In this document: one piece after another, positions 1 through 8,312 of the stretch | Layout of the letters: the number at the start of each line of letters is the position of its first letter | Numbering within the stretch: the first letter of the stretch is position 1 | Assembly: GCA_947303585.1 (NCBI GenBank) | Contig: CAMYYT010000001.1 | Coordinates: forward strand, 18,008-82,007 | DNA length: 64,000 bases | Source: an uncultured Pseudomonadota bacterium | GTDB lineage: Bacteria; Pseudomonadota; Alphaproteobacteria; Rs-D84 | Reading direction: 5' to 3' | Program-made: the position numbers and the translations under genes | Notes under the pieces: generated by a model | What the model was told of the DNA's origin: nothing | Databases searched by the model: none | What the model saw: the letters and a program-made list of their open reading frames with translations, nothing else

Positions 1-30
1 CATTTATAAATGTGTATAAACGGGGTAAAT

Positions 31-972
31 ATGAAAAATAAAATAAAAAATGCCAAATCTTTGGAAGAATTACAGGTTTTGTATGCTGAAACTTTTGGTA
101 AAAATGGGACTATGACCGCCAAATTAAAAAATATGGCGACATTGTCTAATGAAGAACGCGCAACAATAAACGCAGAAAACAGCGAATTGCGTACTTTGTT
201 CAAAGATAAACAAACAGAATTAGAAATGGCTGCATTAAATGCTAAATTGGCAACTGAATACATCGATGTTACTTTGGACAAAGAACCAAAAAATCGCGGA
301 ACACTTCATCCGTTAACACAAAGTTTAAAAGAATTAGCAGCCATAATGGAATCTTTTGGTTTTACACTTTGGACTGGGCCAGAAATTGAAGATGATTGGC
401 ATAATTTTACTGCGTTAAATACCCCAGAATATCACCCTGCGCGTGATATGCAAGATACCTTCTTTTTGGAAAACGGTAATGTTATGCGTACACAAACCAG
501 TGCAATTCAAATTCGTGCTATGGAACAACATGGTGCGCCGATAAAGATATTTGCAATTGGTTCAACTTATAGAAAAGAATTAGATGCAACACATTCTGCG
601 ATGTTTGGGCAAATGGAAGGTTTATACATAGATAAAAATGTGACTATGTCCGATTTAATTGGGACATTACGTGCCCTGCTTTCAAAGTTTTTTGGTAAAG
701 AAATAGAATTGCGTATTCGTCCATCTTATTTCCCGTTCACAGAACCATCTGTTGAATTTGATATGAAATGGGGTGATAAGTGGTTGGAAATTTGTGGCGC
801 TGGTATGGTTCATCCGAATGTTTTGAAAAATTGCAATATAAATCCAGATGAATATCAAGGTTTTGCATTTGGATTTGGTTGGGATCGTATGGCAATGTTA
901 AAATATGATTTGAATGATATACGCGCATTTTACGATGGCGATGTTCGTTGGTTAAAAAACAGTGGATTTTAA
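31..972 (+). CDS. pheS: Phenylalanyl-tRNA synthetase alpha subunit
   Basis: ORF 10..972. A GGGG SD-like run at 22-25 favours the ATG at 31. Class II aaRS motifs are present: SYFPFTEPSVEFD, GAGMVHPNVL, GFAFGFGWDRMAML. pheT follows immediately. Confidence 0.93.
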   Translation: MKNKIKNAKSLEELQVLYAETFGKNGTMTAKLKNMATLSNEERATINAENSELRTLFKDKQTELEMAALNAKLATEYIDVTLDKEPKNRGTLHPLTQSLKELAAIMESFGFTLWTGPEIEDDWHNFTALNTPEYHPARDMQDTFFLENGNVMRTQTSAIQIRAMEQHGAPIKIFAIGSTYRKELDATHSAMFGQMEGLYIDKNVTMSDLIGTLRALLSKFFGKEIELRIRPSYFPFTEPSVEFDMKWGDKWLEICGAGMVHPNVLKNCNINPDEYQGFAFGFGWDRMAMLKYDLNDIRAFYDGDVRWLKNSGF

Positions 973-987
973 TTAAAGGGGTAAAAA

Positions 988-3309
988 ATGAAATGGTCTT
1001 ATGAATGGTTAAAACAATATTTAAAAACAGATTTAACCCCAGAACAAATAGCAGATAAATTAACATCTATTGGTTTAGAAGTAGAAGGTCTGGAAAATCC
1101 GATTTTACCAATCGCTGCAAAAATTGTCGAATGTAAACCACATGAAAACAGTGACCATCTACATGTATTAAAGGTGGATGATGGAAGTGGGACTTTGCGT
1201 CAAGTGGTCTGTGGTGCGCCAAATGCCCGTGTTGGTTTAATTTCTGCGCTGGCAATACCGGGGTGTAAAATTGGTGATATGGTAATTCAAAGCGGAAAAT
1301 TACGCGGTGTATTATCAGACGGTATGATGTGCAGCGGTAAAGAATTAGGCATAAATGAAGACCACAGTGGTATCATCGAATTAGATGAAAAGAAAGAAAA
1401 AATAGGTGAACCAATATCTGCGTTGTCTGGAACTGGTTCTGCGGTTTTTGAAACTTCTATTACACCAAATCGCCCAGATTATTTATCTTTGCGTGGAATT
1501 GCGCTGGATTTATCTGCGGCTGGTGCGGGTGAATTTATCGATGAAAAAATCAACGAATTAAAAGAAGTTAAGGGAAACCGCAAAGTAAATTTATTGGCTG
1601 GGGACGCTTGTCCAACATATCGCTTCTGCGAAATTCATGGAATTAAAAATACGCCATCTAATAAAACAATTCAAAATCGTTTGTTGTCGGCTGGTATAAA
1701 TCCAAAGAACGCAGCAATTGATGCTACAAATTATATTTGTTATGATTTGGCACAACCTATGCATTGTTTTGATGCTGATGAAATTGTTGGTGATATAACA
1801 GTTCGTATGGCAAAGCAAGGTGAAAAATTCACAGACCTTTTTGACAATGAACACGAATTAAATGAAAAAGATTTGGTTATAACTGATGATGCTGGGATAC
1901 TTGCTTTGGCTGGTGTGGTTGGCGGAAAACGTGCATCTACAACAGATAAAACAACAAATATAATTCTGGAATCTGCGTATTTTAACCCAGTGTTTGTGCG
2001 TAAATCATCAAAGAAAATCGGTTTATCAACAGACTCTTCTTATCGATATGAACGCAATATAAATCCAAATGGAACTTTGCGTGCTTTGTCAAAGGCTGCA
2101 AAAATAATAATGGATACATGTGGTGGTAAAATAGTAAATGTATCAGTCGCAGGTCGTGCGTCCTATACGCCGGAATCTGTGGTATACAATCCATCATTAC
2201 TTAAACAAAAAACAGGTATTGAATTAGATAAAAAAACGCAAAAAGATATTTTGAAAAAATTGCATTTTGATGTCAAAGAAAACGCAAATGGCGATTTTGA
2301 AATTATACCAAACCCACAAAGAACAGATATTGTAATACCTGAAAATATCGTGTCTGAATTAGTTCGTATTTATGGTTATGATAAAATCGGTTTAAAAGAA
2401 ATGCCAGAAAACACGATGAAACCAGTTCACAAAGATATGGATGTTCCATTAAAACAAAAATTAGCAAATCGTGGTTTGAACGAAGCAGTCACTTTTGGAT
2501 TTGGTAATTCAAAAATTGAAAAAATCTTAACAGATAAACCAATTATCAAAGTTGCTAATCCTATTATTAATGATTTGGATACGGCAAGAAACAATTTGAT
2601 TGGTAATTTATTAATAGCGGTTGCGAATAATGAAAAACGCGGTTTCCCAGATATTAATATATTTGAATTAGGAACAGTGTTTGATGGTGATAAACCAGGT
2701 GAACAACATACATCAATTTGTATAATTCGCAGTGGCATTACATCACCAAAACATTGGCAAAAACGCAATCGTGCAATAGATGTTTTTGATGTCAAGGCTG
2801 ATTTAGTATCGCTTCTTGGCGCACAAAAATATACAATTGAAACAGATAACGCGCCACTTTGGGCGCATCCATACAGATATGGTCGCATAGTCCAAGGTAA
2901 AAAAGTTTTGGCAGAATTTGGACAATTACATCCATCCATAGCTAAACAAATGCATATTAAAACAAATGTATTTGTTGGTTTGGTTGATGATATTGAGAAT
3001 TTACCGGTATCACCAAAGCATAAAAAAATACCGATGACTGATTTTATGCCGATTACACGCGATTTTGCGTTTGTTGTGGATGCAAATTTTGCGGCTGAAA
3101 AAATAGTATCGGCTGCTTTATCAGCAGATTCAAAAATTGCAGATGCCATAGTATTTGATGCGTTTGATATGGGTGATGGTAAAAAATCGGTTGCTTTCAC
3201 AATAACCATTTACCCAGAACAAAATATGACAGATGTTGATTTATTAAAGATTCAAGATTCTGTTATAAAAAATGTAGAAAAAAAATGTAATGCAAAATTA
3301 CGCGCATAA
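988..3309 (+). CDS. pheT: Phenylalanyl-tRNA synthetase beta subunit
   Basis: 773-aa ORF 16 nt after pheS. It has an N-terminal OB/tRNA-binding domain (KIVECKPHENSDHLHVLKVDDG), B3/4 and B5 regions, and a C-terminal FDX-ACB-like end (KKSVAFTITIYPEQNMTD). Confidence 0.93.
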   Translation: MKWSYEWLKQYLKTDLTPEQIADKLTSIGLEVEGLENPILPIAAKIVECKPHENSDHLHVLKVDDGSGTLRQVVCGAPNARVGLISALAIPGCKIGDMVIQSGKLRGVLSDGMMCSGKELGINEDHSGIIELDEKKEKIGEPISALSGTGSAVFETSITPNRPDYLSLRGIALDLSAAGAGEFIDEKINELKEVKGNRKVNLLAGDACPTYRFCEIHGIKNTPSNKTIQNRLLSAGINPKNAAIDATNYICYDLAQPMHCFDADEIVGDITVRMAKQGEKFTDLFDNEHELNEKDLVITDDAGILALAGVVGGKRASTTDKTTNIILESAYFNPVFVRKSSKKIGLSTDSSYRYERNINPNGTLRALSKAAKIIMDTCGGKIVNVSVAGRASYTPESVVYNPSLLKQKTGIELDKKTQKDILKKLHFDVKENANGDFEIIPNPQRTDIVIPENIVSELVRIYGYDKIGLKEMPENTMKPVHKDMDVPLKQKLANRGLNEAVTFGFGNSKIEKILTDKPIIKVANPIINDLDTARNNLIGNLLIAVANNEKRGFPDINIFELGTVFDGDKPGEQHTSICIIRSGITSPKHWQKRNRAIDVFDVKADLVSLLGAQKYTIETDNAPLWAHPYRYGRIVQGKKVLAEFGQLHPSIAKQMHIKTNVFVGLVDDIENLPVSPKHKKIPMTDFMPITRDFAFVVDANFAAEKIVSAALSADSKIADAIVFDAFDMGDGKKSVAFTITIYPEQNMTDVDLLKIQDSVIKNVEKKCNAKLRA

Positions 3310-3313
3310 GAAA

Positions 3314-3338
3314 AACCGCCGTACAGGCGGTTTTTTGT
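3314..3338 (+). terminator. Rho-independent terminator after pheT
   Basis: Hairpin CCGCC-gtaca-GGCGG (3316-3330) followed by TTTTTTGTTTT, 5 nt after the pheT stop. Confidence 0.8.
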
Positions 3339-3347
3339 TTTATAATT

Positions 3348-3728
3348 TTATCTTATAATATGATTATTCGCCATAATAAGTGATTCTATATCGCGATTCA
3401 ATTCACATGCGTTAATTATTCTTTCTGCATCTTTGCCATAGAAAGTATAAGGCACAGATTTTTTTGAAATTACATTAACGCCGCTTCCTTTGACCAGTTT
3501 ATTATGGTGTTCTATGCCTGGTAAACCAAAGGCTTTGGCTTCATTAAAACATTCTACATACCATTTATCGTATGAAACTTCTATACCATTGATGTTGTAT
3601 TCGTATCGCATAACAAAACTTGCACCAATTGGCGCATAATTTCTATTTTTGAAAATAAGACATTGAGTATTTGGATTTTTTACAGAAAATTCTACAAATT
3701 CTTTAACTTTATCGCGTTGAGTGAACAT
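3348..3728 (-). CDS. Hypothetical protein (126 aa), no recognisable family
   Basis: Clean ORF filling the gap between pheT and ileS on the opposite strand. I recognise no motifs. Confidence 0.5.
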   Translation of the reverse strand: MFTQRDKVKEFVEFSVKNPNTQCLIFKNRNYAPIGASFVMRYEYNINGIEVSYDKWYVECFNEAKAFGLPGIEHHNKLVKGSGVNVISKKSVPYTFYGKDAERIINACELNRDIESLIMANNHIIR

Positions 3729-3808
3729 AATAAACCTTTTTGTTTTGTCCCATTCTCATCTGCGCAGAGCATATTGTATAAGAATATGATAAAAAATCAA
3801 CAGATTAC

Positions 3809-3837
3809 TTGATTTTCATTAAAAATAATTGTATAAA
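3809..3837 (+). promoter_or_regulatory. Sigma70-type promoter for the ileS leader
   Basis: TTGATT (3809-3814), 17-nt spacer, TATAAA (3832-3837). The predicted TSS at about 3844-3845 coincides with the ATG of the leader ORF. Confidence 0.5.
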
Positions 3838-3844
3838 TAGACAC

Positions 3845-3877
3845 ATGAACAAAAAAGCGATAATTATCATTAAATAA
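3845..3877 (+). CDS. Candidate ileS leader peptide MNKKAIIIIK
   Basis: ATG AAC AAA AAA GCG ATA ATT ATC ATT AAA TAA. Four consecutive Ile codons lie in a 10-codon ORF between the promoter and a terminator hairpin, just upstream of ileS. Confidence 0.55.
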   Translation: MNKKAIIIIK

Positions 3878-3902
3878 CTGGCACTGCGCTTTGGCGGTGG
3901 CT

Positions 3903-3926
3903 GGGGCGCATATGGCGCCTTTTTTT
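3903..3926 (+). terminator. Attenuator terminator in the ileS leader
   Basis: GGCGC (3905-3909) / GCGCC (3915-3919) stem, extendable by two G-U pairs, loop ATATG, then T7 (3920-3926). The left arm can alternatively pair with GCGCTTT (3886-3892). Confidence 0.6.
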
Positions 3927-3948
3927 AATGCAACCAAGGGTAAATACA

Positions 3949-6900
3949 ATGGCATACACAAAAACAGAACCAAAAGTGAATTTTGCTGAATTGGAACACA
4001 AAGTAATAGATTTTTGGCGTGAAAATGACACTTTTCATAAATCTTTGAATAAAACCAAAATGGGCGAAGAATTTAATTTCTATGATGGACCACCGTTTGC
4101 AAATGGTTTGCCACATTGGGGGCACTTGGGGGTAAGTGCGATTAAAGATATGGTATCACGTTATCAAACAATGCGCGGAAAACATGTTGTTCGTGAATTA
4201 GGTTGGGATTGCCATGGTCTGCCAGCAGAAAACAGCGTTGAAAAAAAGCAAGGACGCAGTGCAAAAAATATCGTTGAACAAGACGGCATAGCGGCTTTTT
4301 GTGATATGTGTAAAAAAGATGTTATGACATACACTAATGAATGGTTGCGTTTTATTGAACGTATTGGTCGTTGGGTTGATGGTGGTGATGAATTTGGTTA
4401 TCGCACTATGGATAAAAATTATATGGAATCAGTAATTTGGGCATTGAAAAAAATGCATGATATGGGATTGCTTTACAAAGATTTCAAGGTTAACCCTTTT
4501 GATTGGAAATTTGGTACAGTTTTATCCAACAGCGAAGCGTCCAGCGAATACCAAGATATCGTTGACGATACAGTGACAGTATGGTTTGAATTGGAAAATG
4601 GTGACAGGGCTATTGCATGGACAACAACGCCATGGACTTTGCCGGCTAATTCTGCGTTGGCGGTTAACCCAAATATGGAATATGTAAGATTGCGTCACGA
4701 AGATGGGTCTGTTTATGTTATGGCAAAATCACGTGTAAACGCATACGATAAAATCTTTGCCAGTTCAGAAAATCTTGGCACAGTAAAGGGTAAAGATTTG
4801 GTTGGATTGCATTATAAACCAATATTTAATTATTATAAAAATAGCGACCCATTGTTGTATCAAATCATATCTGCTGATTATGTTAGTGATGGGGACGGTA
4901 CAGGTATTGTTCATATTGCACCAGCGTATGGCGAAGACGATTATTTAGCAGCCAAAGCTTTAAATCCAAAATTCCCAGTAATTTTGAATGTTGATGATTA
5001 TGGTAATTTTGATAATACTGTGGTTGATTGGGCGGGTGAAAATATTTTTGAAGCTAATCCAAAAATCATAGATTGGCTGCGCCAAAACGGTATTTTGGTT
5101 AAAAAAGATCAACATAAACACAGTTATCCTTTTGGCCCGCGCAGTCATGAAAAACTGATTTATCGTGCAACGGACGCGTGGTATGTTGATGTTCCAAAAA
5201 TCCGTGAACGTTTGGTTGAAATAACTAAAAATGAAACGAATTGGACCAGTGCAGGTAATCGTTTTATGGCATGGATTGAAAATGCACGTCCATGGGGAAT
5301 TTCCAGAAATAGATTCTGGGGTGTTCCATTACCAATTTGGGAAAAAGATGGCGAATATAAAATCTTTGGTTCAATAAAAGAAATGGAAGATTTCTTTGGT
5401 GTAAAGATTGATGATTTACATCGTCCAACATTAGATAAATTAACAAAAGATGGTTGGCATCGTATAAGCGATGTGCTTGATTGTTGGTTTGAAAGTGGTT
5501 CTATGCCATTTGCTCAATTACACTACCCATTTGAAAATGCAGATAAGTTTGAAAAGGCTTTCCCGGCAGATTACATTATCGAAGGCCAGGATCAAACACG
5601 TGGATGGTTTTATCTGTTAATGGTTATGGCGGTTGCGTTGTTTGATAAACCCGCATTTAAAACAGTGTCAGTAAATGGTATGGTTTGTGATGAACAAAAA
5701 AGAAAGTTTTCTAAATCGTTACATAATTATGTTGATCCAACAGAGCAACTAGAAGCATACGGTGCAGATGCAATTCGTCTGTTTATCCAAGGCAGCAATT
5801 TTATGAAAGCTGAATCGGTCGGTGTTGACAAAGAAGGTTTGGTATTCAATGACACAATCAAGACTATTTTAACACCGCTTTGGAATGCATACCACTTCTT
5901 TACTTTGTATGCAAATGCCGGAAATATTACTGTTGAAAAAGAACCAGATTGTGAAAATTTATTGGATAAATATATCGTTGCAGAATTAAACGAACTTATC
6001 AAAACAACAACAGCATCTTTGAACGAATATAAACCAGATGTTGCAGTGAAAGAATTTGTTCGTTTCTTGGATATATTAAACAATTGGTATGTTCGTCGTA
6101 ATCGTGACAGATTCTGGGATGAAGACGAAAGCGCTTTTGAAACATTGCATTATGTGTTGGTAAAATTCTGTACAATATTGGCACCTTTTGCACCGTTCAT
6201 AAGTGAATATATCTTTAAGAATTTAACAGGCAAAGAATCTGTGCATTTACAAGATTGGCCAAAGGCGGGTGAAACAGATACTAAAATTTTACAAGATATG
6301 CGTCGTGTTCAAATGATAGTGTCCACAGGAAAACAATTGCGCGAACAATATAAATTGCGTAATCGTTTACCACTTCAAGATGTCACAATCGCTGGTGTTG
6401 ATATGACCGAATACGCGGATATCATCGCAGATGAATTAAATGTCAAAGAAGTTAAATTCCTGGACAATATTAAATCTGTGGCAGATTCTTTCGTGTATTT
6501 AATCACACCAAAAATCGGTGCGCGTCTTGGCAGTGCTCTGAAAGAAATAATCCCATCGGTTAAACGCGGTGATTATACTTTGGACGGTGATAAGTTAGTT
6601 GTTGGCGAATATACTTTGAACAATGACGAATTTGAAAACCGTTTAACTGTCAAACAAGGTGTCAGTGGTGCCGCGTTGCCAGATAATACAGCTGTGGTTG
6701 TTTTGAATACTGAAATCAATGGTGAATTAATCGCCGAAGGTTTGGTAAACGATGCATTGCGTTTTATTCAAGATTCACGCAAAGCCGCGGGATTAGATGT
6801 ATCAGACAGAATAAAAATGACCTATACAGCAGATTCTGGGCTTTATACAGCAATCGAGGCACACAAAAAACGTATTATGCATGACGCTTTGATTGTTGAA

Positions 6901-6978
6901 ATGAATATTGGTGTGGCTGAACAATTCACAAAACAAATCGAAGATTATAACTTTGTAATTGATATTGAAAAAGCATAA
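3949..6978 (+). CDS. ileS: Isoleucyl-tRNA synthetase, type 2 (eukaryote-like)
   Basis: ORF 3928..6978. AAGGG at 3936-3940 favours the ATG at 3949 (MAYTKTEPK). Motifs: FYDGPPFANGLPHWGHL (HxGH), KFSKS, and editing domain WTTTPWTLP. There is no C-terminal Zn-Cys cluster. Confidence 0.93.
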   Translation: MAYTKTEPKVNFAELEHKVIDFWRENDTFHKSLNKTKMGEEFNFYDGPPFANGLPHWGHLGVSAIKDMVSRYQTMRGKHVVRELGWDCHGLPAENSVEKKQGRSAKNIVEQDGIAAFCDMCKKDVMTYTNEWLRFIERIGRWVDGGDEFGYRTMDKNYMESVIWALKKMHDMGLLYKDFKVNPFDWKFGTVLSNSEASSEYQDIVDDTVTVWFELENGDRAIAWTTTPWTLPANSALAVNPNMEYVRLRHEDGSVYVMAKSRVNAYDKIFASSENLGTVKGKDLVGLHYKPIFNYYKNSDPLLYQIISADYVSDGDGTGIVHIAPAYGEDDYLAAKALNPKFPVILNVDDYGNFDNTVVDWAGENIFEANPKIIDWLRQNGILVKKDQHKHSYPFGPRSHEKLIYRATDAWYVDVPKIRERLVEITKNETNWTSAGNRFMAWIENARPWGISRNRFWGVPLPIWEKDGEYKIFGSIKEMEDFFGVKIDDLHRPTLDKLTKDGWHRISDVLDCWFESGSMPFAQLHYPFENADKFEKAFPADYIIEGQDQTRGWFYLLMVMAVALFDKPAFKTVSVNGMVCDEQKRKFSKSLHNYVDPTEQLEAYGADAIRLFIQGSNFMKAESVGVDKEGLVFNDTIKTILTPLWNAYHFFTLYANAGNITVEKEPDCENLLDKYIVAELNELIKTTTASLNEYKPDVAVKEFVRFLDILNNWYVRRNRDRFWDEDESAFETLHYVLVKFCTILAPFAPFISEYIFKNLTGKESVHLQDWPKAGETDTKILQDMRRVQMIVSTGKQLREQYKLRNRLPLQDVTIAGVDMTEYADIIADELNVKEVKFLDNIKSVADSFVYLITPKIGARLGSALKEIIPSVKRGDYTLDGDKLVVGEYTLNNDEFENRLTVKQGVSGAALPDNTAVVVLNTEINGELIAEGLVNDALRFIQDSRKAAGLDVSDRIKMTYTADSGLYTAIEAHKKRIMHDALIVEMNIGVAEQFTKQIEDYNFVIDIEKA

Positions 6979-7653
6979 ATGACAAAACAGAAAATAACTC
7001 TTACACCGGATATTTATTTTGAAAATGTATGTCCTACATTGAATATGAATATCCGGTCAGAGTTGTATTCTACAAATGAATTTACTTTCGCTGTGGCGGT
7101 GATTTTATCTGCCCAGGCAACCGACAAGAAAGTAAACGAAGTGACACCTGACCTTTTTAAAATTGCATACAGCCCAGACAAAATGTTGGACTTAGGTTTA
7201 GACGGTTTAAAAAAACACATCAAAGTAATTTCTTTTTTTAATAACAAAGCGAATAATATCATTAAATTATCACAGCAATTAAAAGATAAAAACAGCAATT
7301 GTTCAAACTATAAATTTCCGCAAAAATATCACAATCGCAGCGAATTAATGAAATTGGCTGGCGTTGGTCAAAAGACAGCAAATGTGATAATGAATGTTCT
7401 TTGGAACGCGCCAAATATTGGGGTTGATACGCATGTGTTTCGCCTGTCTCATCGATTTAATTGGTGTAGCGACAAAGAAAACACACCAGAAAAAGTCGAA
7501 GAAAAATTATTAAAAATAATCCCACAAAAATATCATGCATTGGTAAATCATACAATGGTATTACATGGAAGATATACCTGCAAAGCACTTCATCCAAAAT
7601 GTGAAAATTGCCCGGTAAATAAATGGTGTTGTGCAAGCGATAAAAAGATATAA
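6979..7653 (+). CDS. nth: Endonuclease III
   Basis: Helix-hairpin-helix LMKLAGVGQKTANVIMN and a C-terminal 4Fe-4S cluster CKALHPKCENCPVNKWC. The start abuts the ileS stop. Confidence 0.9.
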   Translation: MTKQKITLTPDIYFENVCPTLNMNIRSELYSTNEFTFAVAVILSAQATDKKVNEVTPDLFKIAYSPDKMLDLGLDGLKKHIKVISFFNNKANNIIKLSQQLKDKNSNCSNYKFPQKYHNRSELMKLAGVGQKTANVIMNVLWNAPNIGVDTHVFRLSHRFNWCSDKENTPEKVEEKLLKIIPQKYHALVNHTMVLHGRYTCKALHPKCENCPVNKWCCASDKKI

Positions 7654-7657
7654 AAAT

Positions 7658-7679
7658 ACCGGCATTCGCCGGTGTTTTT
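7658..7679 (+). terminator. Rho-independent terminator after nth
   Basis: ACCGGC-attc-GCCGGT followed by GTTTTT. Confidence 0.8.
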
Positions 7680-7689
7680 ATAAATTTTA

Positions 7690-7765
7690 TGGTGCCGGTT
7701 ATAGGACTTGAACCTACGACCCCCTCATTACGAATGAGATGCTCTACCAACTGAGCTAAACCGGC
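7690..7765 (-). tRNA. tRNA-Thr (anticodon CGU)
   Basis: The reverse complement GCCGGTTTAGCTCAGTTGGTAGAGCATCTCATTCGTAATGAGGGGGTCGTAGGTTCAAGTCCTATAACCGGCACCA folds as a cloverleaf. Anticodon loop is TTCGTAA and CCA is encoded. Confidence 0.93.
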
Positions 7766-7810
7766 GTGTCACGCAAATAATAACCAACAAAAACCTAAAA
7801 TTCAAGGTTT

Positions 7811-8287
7811 TTATTTACCGCGCCCCTGTTCAATATGTTTCAAAAACATGGTTTCTAAAATTGCGATAGTTTCCAATCTTTTGTATTCAGGTGTGTCTTT
7901 GGGAAAAATCAATTCCGCGTTTTCAGACAAAATTTTTCCGAAATTATTTGGATTATTTGGCTCTATTTTTGCCGCATTTTTAAAGGCTTTGCCTTCGTAT
8001 TTATTTTTTACAGCCACATAAATGTCATAAATATATTTATCTTTCGTGCGTGTTTGATTCCAAGAACAAAGCGGTTTATTATTTTTACCAAAGATACAAA
8101 CATGTCCCATTGGTGTAATTTTTGATGCGGGCGTATATTGCGTAAAAACCACACGATAATCACCAAAATAATAATTAATATCTGTGTAATAAGTATCAGA
8201 TTTTAACATATCGTGTTTAACGGTTTTGACAGTCACCACAGATTTTTCCAATGCTTCATAGATGGCGACTTTTTCTGCTTCGTTCAT
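7811..8287 (-). CDS. Hypothetical protein (158 aa), no recognisable family
   Basis: Clean ORF between tRNA-Thr and mnmG. I recognise no motifs. Confidence 0.5.
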   Translation of the reverse strand: MNEAEKVAIYEALEKSVVTVKTVKHDMLKSDTYYTDINYYFGDYRVVFTQYTPASKITPMGHVCIFGKNNKPLCSWNQTRTKDKYIYDIYVAVKNKYEGKAFKNAAKIEPNNPNNFGKILSENAELIFPKDTPEYKRLETIAILETMFLKHIEQGRGK

Positions 8288-8312
8288 ATATTTTTTCCTT
8301 TTGATTTCTTTT

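Noticed and set aside
2427-3209. 260-aa ORF antisense to pheT. Similar long antisense or shadow ORFs occur at 12988-13503 (in metG), 18734-19237 and 19301-19795 (in recF), 21100-21558, 34673-35227 (in gpsA), 35614-36186 (in pnp), 14634-15086 (in mreB) and 10863-11264 (in fabG).
   Set aside because: Each lies entirely inside a confidently identified gene on the opposite strand. Their composition is low-complexity and they have no recognisable motifs, which is typical of shadow ORFs.
3845-3927. T-box riboswitch upstream of ileS (GGTGG-containing stretch TTGGCGGTGGCTGGGGCGC).
   Set aside because: The leader is only about 100 nt. It has no stem I or specifier-loop architecture and no good match to the T-box core (GGGTGGnACCGCG). 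The Ile-codon mini-ORF explains the structure better.
7457-7750. 97-aa ORF overlapping tRNA-Thr, and the 62-aa ORF at 38128-38316 overlapping tRNA-Val.
   Set aside because: Both are translations of tRNA genes and terminators, not plausible proteins.
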